A stretch of DNA of 64,000 nucleotides from a virus (lineage: Duplodnaviria; Heunggongvirae; Uroviricota; Caudoviricetes): the IMG/VR virus record IMGVR_UViG_3300012286_000299, positions 109,277 to 173,276 of that record, one strand, 5' to 3'. Positions 57,447-64,000 of the stretch are shown one piece after another. Position 1 is the stretch's first letter, and each line of letters starts with the position of its first letter. Below the pieces are notes generated by a model. That model was not told where the DNA came from, did no database searches, and was given only the letters and a program-made list of their open reading frames with translations. Made by a program: the position numbers and the translations under genes.

Positions 57447-57842
57447 ATGAGTGCTGAATCAATTAAAATTGCATTTATTAAATTAAATGCTGCTGATAAA
57501 ATTAAAGTAAGGGCTTATATAAAATCCCTTAGTGAATCTTATAAGAAACCACCCTTAAAAGTTAAGGAATATAAAGTTAATACTATAACGGGTGCACTCA
57601 AACATACCCTATCCTCAATGGGGTGTGATATTGAAAATAAATATACATTTTCAGATAATCGTACCATTGGAATCAGTGTTAAAATATGTAACTTAAAACT
57701 TACAAAATCCCAGGAACAAGAAGTGAAATCTAAAATGGAAAACTTGGGGTACACTTACCACAGTATAAAAAGACCTTCACATAATCATGGTTCACCATAT
57801 TATAGAGATACTTTTAAGGGTACAAGATTTCATTTTTCTTAA
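57447..57842 (+). CDS. hypothetical protein
   Basis: 131-aa ORF with promoter motif 57401-57430. Confidence 0.45.
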   Translation: MSAESIKIAFIKLNAADKIKVRAYIKSLSESYKKPPLKVKEYKVNTITGALKHTLSSMGCDIENKYTFSDNRTIGISVKICNLKLTKSQEQEVKSKMENLGYTYHSIKRPSHNHGSPYYRDTFKGTRFHFS

Positions 57843-57859
57843 AATAGTTAAGGTATAGT

Positions 57860-57897
57860 GAGGTATAAATTAACTTCGTATATTAAGGCATAATTAA
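57860..57897 (+). promoter_or_regulatory. extended conserved element gaggtataaattaacttcgtatattaaggcataattaa
   Basis: About 40-nt element recurring with 90% or greater identity at 58224, 58583, 59809, 60680, 61138, 61584, 61902 and 62683. Confidence 0.55.
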
Positions 57898-57913
57898 TTA
57901 AAACATTAATATA

Positions 57914-58222
57914 ATGGATTACGGAAAAAAGTATTTCACTAACAACAATAAATTTGGTGTTGGTAGAGTTGAGACAATGAGGTTAGTTAATCAACCTGAA
58001 ATTTTGAATTTCATAACTCACAATCCTGGAAGAACAGAACTACAAATTATGGAGCAGTTGTATAATTACCCTAATTATGTAGGTATATTTCAGGAAAGTA
58101 ATAAAAAGTATGCTGACCGATTAAGAGCATTACTTCATAGTGGGAAAATATCCCGAGTTAAAGCTAGAACCATAGATGGGCCTCGTTTTATATATTTCTC
58201 AATATATGAGAAAAAGGCATAG
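57914..58222 (+). CDS. hypothetical protein
   Basis: 102-aa ORF. Confidence 0.45.
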   Translation: MDYGKKYFTNNNKFGVGRVETMRLVNQPEILNFITHNPGRTELQIMEQLYNYPNYVGIFQESNKKYADRLRALLHSGKISRVKARTIDGPRFIYFSIYEKKA

Positions 58223-58274
58223 TAAGGTATAAATTAACTTCGTATATTAAGGCATAATTAAAATATTAAATGTT

Positions 58275-58571
58275 ATGAGTAAGTATGTAGAATTAATGAA
58301 TAACCCACCTAAATTAACTATTAAGGAGGGTGCTCGAGAAGTAGTGTTTAAAACCATAGCAAGTATGTGTGATAATGTTCACTACATTACATTCAAGAAA
58401 AATAATGAAGGTGACTTCAAAATGAGCGGTAATGGGTTTTCACTCTCAAACTGGGGAATGAAACATACACCTCAAGAGATTGAGTGGGAAGCAGATGAAA
58501 ACCTATGGGGAGGGGTTATTGCAATGGTTAATTCAGGTTATGAAGTTATTGAATCTGTAGTAAGTAGATAA
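58275..58571 (+). CDS. hypothetical protein
   Basis: 98-aa ORF. Confidence 0.45.
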   Translation: MSKYVELMNNPPKLTIKEGAREVVFKTIASMCDNVHYITFKKNNEGDFKMSGNGFSLSNWGMKHTPQEIEWEADENLWGGVIAMVNSGYEVIESVVSR

Positions 58572-58637
58572 TAAGGCATTTTGAGGTATAAATTAACTTC
58601 GTATATTAAAGTATAATTAAAATAAATAATTAAGGTT

Positions 58638-58952
58638 ATGACAAAAACACAAACAGTAGACTTATTAAAAAGTCAATTGCCAGGATTTTATTCCGCAGAA
58701 CAAGTAATCAATCTAATTGAGAAGATGGAGGACACTCCAAAAATTACTCAGGAACACATTAAAGAAATTGCAAGAAGTATCATGAATGATATTGAAAGCG
58801 AGGCACAAAGAGGTCACATTGTCAGTAATGACGAGGTTGAATTTGACTTAAGACACAGAGAAATTGAAGTGACTGACGTTCCAATTAACTTTGATACCAT
58901 CAGAGAGTGTATTGAAGAAGGTCTATCAAATGCCTTTGAAGAAGAAGAATAA
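58638..58952 (+). CDS. hypothetical acidic protein
   Basis: 104-aa ORF. Confidence 0.45.
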   Translation: MTKTQTVDLLKSQLPGFYSAEQVINLIEKMEDTPKITQEHIKEIARSIMNDIESEAQRGHIVSNDEVEFDLRHREIEVTDVPINFDTIRECIEEGLSNAFEEEE

Positions 58953-59037
58953 ATCAAGGTAGTTGAGGGACAAAAATAAATTCGTATATTTAAAACATAT
59001 TAATAATAAAAAAGTTTAATTTTAAAATTTAAAGGTT

Positions 59038-59499
59038 ATGAACAGAATTGAAATCATTGCAGAAGTAAAAAAATTAGGTTTAACAACAGAAAAACCTGCG
59101 CACCAATGTAAAACTGATTACTTACAACAAGTATTAGATGCACACTATGCAACTAGTGTTGAAGTAAAACAGAAAGGTAGACCTGTGAATGAAAACAGTG
59201 AACGCCAAAAACGACTTGCTGAATTAGAAGCAAAACGTGAAGCAGGTGAACTACGTAAAGGTAGACCAGTAGTGGAAGGTAGTGCTCGTCAAGTGAGATT
59301 ATCACTTAAAGGTACATTGCCATTAGGTAGAAAACCAAATCCTGAAAGCGCTGCTTACAAACGTAAAATGGAATTGGAAGCAAAACGTGCTGCGGGTGAA
59401 CTAAAAAGAGGTAGACCAGCACAAGTAAAAGAAGCAGCTGAACCAGTAGCAGCTCAAGTAGAAGCGCCTGCAGCAGCAGAGCCACAAACTGAAGTATAA
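59038..59499 (+). CDS. DNA-binding protein with three AT-hook motifs and a Rho-N/SAP-like N-terminal domain
   Basis: KGRPVNEN, KGRPVVEG and RGRPAQVK (AT-hook GRP cores flanked by basic residues), with an Ala/Glu-rich tail. The gene has locally elevated GC. Confidence 0.5.
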   Translation: MNRIEIIAEVKKLGLTTEKPAHQCKTDYLQQVLDAHYATSVEVKQKGRPVNENSERQKRLAELEAKREAGELRKGRPVVEGSARQVRLSLKGTLPLGRKPNPESAAYKRKMELEAKRAAGELKRGRPAQVKEAAEPVAAQVEAPAAAEPQTEV

Positions 59500-59568
59500 G
59501 AATTAATTACAGAAAAGGGACATGACGATTAGTTATGTCCCTTACTTTAACCCTTAATCAGTATATAT

Positions 59569-59805
59569 TTGAAAAGACATACAGTAATTAGCAAAAAATA
59601 TGTTGAAACCTACAAAAATTACCCTAAAGCAAAACCCAAACCACAATATATAATTGGGTGTGTTTATTATGGAAGAAACCGCTCAAATCATTTAAAATTA
59701 GGCATACTAACCTTATTTGGTGATAGGGTATCAACTTTAAAAACTAAAGATGGTAAATTGGTTAAAGTTAAAAATAACACTCTAAAAAGCGCTCAAACAG
59801 GGTAG
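59569..59805 (+). CDS. hypothetical basic protein
   Basis: 78-aa ORF, duplicated identically at 60440..60676. Confidence 0.4.
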   Translation: MKRHTVISKKYVETYKNYPKAKPKPQYIIGCVYYGRNRSNHLKLGILTLFGDRVSTLKTKDGKLVKVKNNTLKSAQTG

Positions 59806-60055
59806 TTTGAGGTATAATTTAACTTCGTATATTAAAGTATAATTAATAAATACATTATTATGGTAAAAGTAGTTAAATCAGGCATCACATATTATGAGGT
59901 AAATTTAGGTAGTATATCTCTAATTGCATTTGAACCACAGGAATTAGTTATTAGCAACAGAAAAACCTGCGCACCAATGTAAAACTGATTACTTACAACA
60001 AGTATTAGATGCACACTATGCAACTAGTGTTGAAGTAAAACAGAAAGGTAGACCT

Positions 60056-60370
60056 GTGAATGAAAACAGTGAACGCCAAAAACGACTTGCTGAATTAGAA
60101 GCAAAACGTGAAGCAGGTGAACTACGTAAAGGTAGACCAGTAGTGGAAGGTAGTGCTCGTCAAGTGAGATTATCACTTAAAGGTACATTGCCATTAGGTA
60201 GAAAACCAAATCCTGAAAGCGCTGCTTACAAACGTAAAATGGAATTGGAAGCAAAACGTGCTGCGGGTGAACTAAAAAGAGGTAGACCAGCACAAGTAAA
60301 AGAAGCAGCTGAACCAGTAGCAGCTCAAGTAGAAGCGCCTGCAGCAGCAGAGCCACAAACTGAAGTATAA
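60056..60370 (+). pseudogene. 5'-truncated second copy of the AT-hook gene (lacks the original start and N-terminal domain)
   Basis: Identical to the 3' 417 nt of 59038..59499. The track ORF uses an internal Met. Confidence 0.5.
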
Positions 60371-60439
60371 GAATTAATTACAGAAAAGGGACATGACGAT
60401 TAGTTATGTCCCTTACTTTAACCCTTAATCAGTATATAT

Positions 60440-60676
60440 TTGAAAAGACATACAGTAATTAGCAAAAAATATGTTGAAACCTACAAAAATTACCCTAAAG
60501 CAAAACCCAAACCACAATATATAATTGGGTGTGTTTATTATGGAAGAAACCGCTCAAATCATTTAAAATTAGGCATACTAACCTTATTTGGTGATAGGGT
60601 ATCAACTTTAAAAACTAAAGATGGTAAATTGGTTAAAGTTAAAAATAACACTCTAAAAAGCGCTCAAACAGGGTAG
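60440..60676 (+). CDS. hypothetical basic protein (duplicate copy of 59569..59805)
   Basis: 100% identical to 59569..59805. Confidence 0.4.
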   Translation: MKRHTVISKKYVETYKNYPKAKPKPQYIIGCVYYGRNRSNHLKLGILTLFGDRVSTLKTKDGKLVKVKNNTLKSAQTG

Positions 60677-60864
60677 TTTGAGGTATAATTTAACTTCGTA
60701 TATTAAAGTATAATTAATAAATACATTATTATGGTAAAAGTAGTTAAATCAGGCATCACATATTATGAGGTAAATTTAGGTAGTATATCTCTAATTGCAT
60801 TTGAACCACAGGAATTAGTTATTAGAATGGTAAACATGAATATATCACTAAACTAATAAAGGTT

Positions 60865-61128
60865 ATGACGGAAAAATCAACTCAACAAGCGGCAAACGTT
60901 GCCAAAATAGGATTAATTATTTTATGGGCGGCATTCATGTATTCCCTAACATCATGTGGTTCACAATGTTCAAGAACAAAACGTTATTGGAGAAACCATA
61001 GATGTGTCGAGGTGAAAACCCAAAAATCAATCAACAGGGCAAGAAGATCATTGGATAGAAGAATACAATCAGCACAACAACAGTATGCTATTGTCAACAA
61101 TGAAATCATAATGTTTGAAAATTATTAG
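60865..61128 (+). CDS. hypothetical protein with an N-terminal transmembrane segment
   Basis: 87-aa ORF. Confidence 0.4.
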   Translation: MTEKSTQQAANVAKIGLIILWAAFMYSLTSCGSQCSRTKRYWRNHRCVEVKTQKSINRARRSLDRRIQSAQQQYAIVNNEIIMFENY

Positions 61129-61192
61129 TGGTCGTTTGAGGTATAAATTTACTTCGTATATTTAAGCATATTAATAATTAAAATATAATGTT

Positions 61193-61375
61193 ATGAAATT
61201 TAATGGTTTTGAAAAGTACTTAATTATACAAGGGTTAAATATAGTTAAGGAACAAGCTAAAACTGAAATACGTGAAGCTATAGCCAAAGGTGAAATGCCT
61301 ATTATGACGGAAGATTTCATTGATATAACTGTGAAAGAAGCCCTAGACAAATTAAATAAATTAACTGTAGAATAA
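61193..61375 (+). CDS. hypothetical protein
   Basis: 60-aa ORF with promoter motif 61138-61180. Confidence 0.4.
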   Translation: MKFNGFEKYLIIQGLNIVKEQAKTEIREAIAKGEMPIMTEDFIDITVKEALDKLNKLTVE

Positions 61376-61377
61376 TT

Positions 61378-61563
61378 ATGGTAGCTAAAGTAAGAGAATA
61401 CTTCAGACAAAACTATGGACACGTGTACTTTGATGACATTAGTGATTCATTTATTGAAGAATACATGTCACGTTCCTACGTAGTCTCATTATCATTTGAA
61501 ATGCAAATGGACTGTTTGTATGATGCAGTCATGTCACAATCAATGGTTGATTATGACGAATAA
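61378..61563 (+). CDS. hypothetical protein
   Basis: 61-aa ORF. Confidence 0.4.
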   Translation: MVAKVREYFRQNYGHVYFDDISDSFIEEYMSRSYVVSLSFEMQMDCLYDAVMSQSMVDYDE

Positions 61564-61634
61564 AAAATTAATTATGGTATGTGAGGGTTAAATATAACCT
61601 CGTATATTTAAGTATAATTAATAAATAAAACATC

Positions 61635-61901
61635 ATGACAAAAGAGGAATTTATAGCAGGAACACCGTTCTATGTAGGTAAAAAAAGATACAGAGGTGAA
61701 TCAACACACTATTATGACCCAAAAATAGGTTGTATTTGTAAACAAAATAGATCTTCGGCCGATGAAAGAATTGTACTTGAAGATTATGCTTGCAATATTA
61801 AAAAAGTAGGTAGATTAGGGTTCGAAGGGTTCACTCATGTAATGAATAAACAAGTGAATGTTAAATATAAATTTGAGCATTTGAGTGTATTTGAGGGTTA
61901 A
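61635..61901 (+). CDS. hypothetical protein
   Basis: 88-aa ORF with promoter motif 61584-61620. Confidence 0.45.
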   Translation: MTKEEFIAGTPFYVGKKRYRGESTHYYDPKIGCICKQNRSSADERIVLEDYACNIKKVGRLGFEGFTHVMNKQVNVKYKFEHLSVFEG

Positions 61902-61950
61902 GATTAGCTTCGTATATTAAGGTATAATTAATAATAAAAACATAAAGGTT

Positions 61951-62316
61951 ATGAAAAAAGTTGTAAAAAAAGCATCACAGGTTAAGGTATCTATTACCCA
62001 CAAAACATTAATGGTGAATTTCGAGTTCCCAATTGTAGTAGGACAAGTTAAGATAATTGCTATTGGTCTAGCTCATGTTTATAAGGGTGATGAATCAGGA
62101 CAAATTGAAGCAGATATCGATTTTATGGATTATGGGGAAACAACCTATATGGACATGCCTGTTGAGGGGTATGAGGGTGTGAAAAAGTTAAAGGAAATGC
62201 ACAAAGGATTTGGTATTGACTTAGGTACCCTAATTGATAATGAATTCAATAAGGTTGTAACAGAGGAATTCAAAACCGAATTCCTAAAACAATTCGACGT
62301 TAGAATGTTTGAATAA
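61951..62316 (+). CDS. hypothetical protein
   Basis: 121-aa ORF with promoter motif 61902-61940. Confidence 0.45.
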   Translation: MKKVVKKASQVKVSITHKTLMVNFEFPIVVGQVKIIAIGLAHVYKGDESGQIEADIDFMDYGETTYMDMPVEGYEGVKKLKEMHKGFGIDLGTLIDNEFNKVVTEEFKTEFLKQFDVRMFE

Positions 62317-62323
62317 TAAAAAT

Positions 62324-62376
62324 AAGCCCCGGAATGGGGCTTATAAATTTTACTTCGTATATTTAAGTATAATTAA
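62324..62376 (+). promoter_or_regulatory. terminator hairpin (agcccc-ggaat-ggggct) fused to promoter-like tacttcgtatatttaagtataattaa
   Basis: Same terminator-promoter architecture as elsewhere in the window. Confidence 0.55.
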
Positions 62377-62387
62377 AAATTAAGGTT

Positions 62388-62705
62388 ATGTTAAATACAA
62401 CTTATTTAGGAAGAGAAATCACTAGACGTGATAATGTTAAAGTAGAAGGTACATTCCAATCATTTTATGAGGCATCAAAACGTTTGATGGGGATGGGTTA
62501 TATAATGGGAAGCATGTGTGGAGATGAACCAATAGGGTTTGCCGATGCAGACAAATACGAGTATATTGCCAAATGGAGAAACATTGACCCGAGCGATAGA
62601 GTAAAAGTGGACGGGGTAATGATCAGTAGTGACTGGAGAGAGGGTAGTGTTGAAATAATATGGTTTAAAGAGCCATTAAATAAGGCAGTAGCGGGTATAA
62701 ATTAA
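62388..62705 (+). CDS. hypothetical protein
   Basis: 105-aa ORF. Confidence 0.45.
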   Translation: MLNTTYLGREITRRDNVKVEGTFQSFYEASKRLMGMGYIMGSMCGDEPIGFADADKYEYIAKWRNIDPSDRVKVDGVMISSDWREGSVEIIWFKEPLNKAVAGIN

Positions 62706-62742
62706 CTTCGTATATTGAGGTATAATTAAAAAAGTAAACGTT

Positions 62743-63087
62743 ATGGTAAAAGAAATTACTGCAATAGATAAACTGATTGCTATTGAGGAAATGCTTGTTA
62801 AAATGAGGTATGACACTACAGGAATGAGTGTGAGCCAAGCACTGGAAATAATGAAGGCAACGGTAAAGGCTATTGATAAAGCAAAATTACCCTCAAACAC
62901 GATTTACCCTATGACACGAGACGATTTATACAAAATAATGGATTCAGAAAACTATACGGTGGACGAGATCAAAGATTCAGTGTATATGGGGAACAGAATA
63001 ACCACTATATTGGAGAATGAGGACGTGGAGATAGATGACGAACAGGTAAAGGTGTTGGTGGTAGAGTACCAAAATGCTAGAGCATAG
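62743..63087 (+). CDS. hypothetical protein
   Basis: 114-aa ORF with promoter motif 62683-62719. Confidence 0.45.
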   Translation: MVKEITAIDKLIAIEEMLVKMRYDTTGMSVSQALEIMKATVKAIDKAKLPSNTIYPMTRDDLYKIMDSENYTVDEIKDSVYMGNRITTILENEDVEIDDEQVKVLVVEYQNARA

Positions 63088-63370
63088 TAATGTTAAACCA
63101 TTCCAATATCTAAAGATATCGTAATGTGGAAACTTATTCCTAGTATATTGGGGTAACGGACAAATGTTCCGGCGGTAACGCTTAATAGTATAGTTGTATG
63201 TGGAAATTGGGTTAAATTGGGGTGGATAATAGGGCAGGGTCTCCGCTCCCCTGCCCCGTTATGGAATAACTTTCCTCCCTACCTCCCTTGTATATACAAT
63301 TTTTAATGGAACTAGGTGGAACAAATCAACTTCGTATATTATAGTATATTAATAATTAAACAACTATATT

Positions 63371-63553
63371 ATGATAAAGTTTGAGGTTTACCCAAGTGTT
63401 AGATTACAAGCACACCAATTGTTAATCAATTCGAACCGTTTGAAAAGTGTATTTTATAATACTGGAAATACTTTCCTAATTGACCCCGTTGATTTACCTC
63501 GTTGTAAGGAAATACTTACCAAACGAATGATTAAATTAAAGGTAGTTAATTAA
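63371..63553 (+). CDS. hypothetical protein
   Basis: 60-aa ORF with promoter motif 63327-63359. Confidence 0.4.
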   Translation: MIKFEVYPSVRLQAHQLLINSNRLKSVFYNTGNTFLIDPVDLPRCKEILTKRMIKLKVVN

Positions 63554-63618
63554 GGTAATAGGGGAATAAAAATCCCTTCGTATATTATAGTATAATAAAA
63601 AATATAAAATTAAAGGTT

Positions 63619-63855
63619 ATGAAAGCTAAAGTACAAATTAAATCAGTGTTCGAACAAATTGCAGGTAAAGTATTTACCATGACCAATGTTACCCAAGCCA
63701 AAGAGTATATCACTGAATTTATTACCAGTAAAGGTATTGATGGTACCGACAAACAAACCATCGTTAATAACGTTAATAAATGTACCTCAATTGCACAACT
63801 ACAACGTTACGTGTGTAATTCATTATTAATGTATGAGGGTATGGGTATCAGTTAA
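63619..63855 (+). CDS. hypothetical protein
   Basis: 78-aa ORF with promoter motif 63562-63600. Confidence 0.45.
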   Translation: MKAKVQIKSVFEQIAGKVFTMTNVTQAKEYITEFITSKGIDGTDKQTIVNNVNKCTSIAQLQRYVCNSLLMYEGMGIS

Positions 63856-63885
63856 TACCCCGCTATTACCCACATTCCCACCGCA

Positions 63886-63936
63886 GGGACCCAGGCTTTA
63901 CAGCCCCGGGTCCCTTCTTTGTTTTTCTTTCCCTTT
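63886..63936 (+). terminator. strong GC-rich intrinsic terminator
   Basis: 7-bp GC stem gggaccc...gggtccc with a 15-nt loop, followed by a T-rich tract ttctttgtttttctttccctttt. Confidence 0.6.
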
Positions 63937-64000
63937 TCGTCCGAATTCGGTCCGCATGCGGATCGGCACGGGTTGCCCACGCGGCGTTGCTGTCCATAAA

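Larger units (their letters stand above)
59084..60825 (+). repeat. perfect direct tandem duplication, 2 x 871 bp (59084-59954 and 59955-60825)
   Basis: Base-for-base identity of the two units read directly from the sequence. The unit starts inside the AT-hook gene, 46 nt after its ATG, and ends 95 nt into a small ORF (MVKVVKSGITYYEVN...). Confidence 0.9.

Noticed and set aside
9232-62900. About 30 minus-strand ORFs of 60-106 aa, e.g. 9232..9420, 10516..10719, 13113..13355, 28187..28501, 40551..40871, 43709..44005, 44137..44442, 45530..45847, 53276..53566, 61171..61422 and 62676..62900.
   Set aside because: All lie antisense inside well-supported + strand genes. They lack the conserved promoter or A-rich leader and have low-complexity Leu/Ile/Ser/Phe-rich translations typical of AT-rich antisense frames.
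52580-63600. The regularly recurring about 30-40-nt motif as a CRISPR array.
   Set aside because: The spacing between copies is irregular, from 250 to 900 nt, and matches gene lengths. Each copy sits a fixed distance upstream of an ATG. The repeats are not identical, and no cas genes are nearby.

Overview
The window is one coding-dense, AT-rich (about 30% GC) stretch of a large lytic-type dsDNA phage genome. All credible genes lie on the + strand, with short or overlapping intergenic junctions (ATGA, TAATG). Start codons are preceded by A-rich leaders ending in aaaggttATG and lack a Shine-Dalgarno sequence, the pattern of Bacteroidetes (Flavobacteriia-type) hosts. No integrase was found.

Modules I can recognise, in order along the window:
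- a 5'-truncated PARP-like ADP-ribosyltransferase;
- a ThyA-family enzyme carrying two large insertions;
- a 7-deazaguanine precursor cassette (QueD-like, QueE-like, FolE) followed by a phosphoribosyltransferase-like and a MazG-like gene, with no QueC in the window;
- an HNH endonuclease next to a family-B DNA polymerase that is split into two cistrons by a 264-nt insertion, followed by a clamp-like ORF;
- a chaperone block (Hsp20, GroES, GroEL), a clamp-loader ATPase and a Cas4-like PD-(D/E)XK nuclease;
- a roughly 13-kb glycosylation island (GT4 and GT2 glycosyltransferases, a HAD-nucleotidyltransferase fusion, a SAM methyltransferase and a GDPD-like protein) interrupted by an HNH endonuclease;
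- thioredoxin, a minimal CCA-adding-type nucleotidyltransferase, a YqeY-domain protein, ATP-dependent DNA ligase, an SPFH lipoprotein, a DenV pyrimidine-dimer glycosylase and a tandem pair of tRNA-like genes;
- an 11-kb array of about 35 small ORFs, each behind the same conserved promoter-like element (cTTCGTATATTnAAGTATAATTAA), often fused to an upstream terminator hairpin.

Other notable structures are a perfect 871-bp tandem duplication (59084-60825) involving a protein with three AT-hooks, several GC-rich hairpins, and an abrupt GC-rich palindromic segment at the window end.
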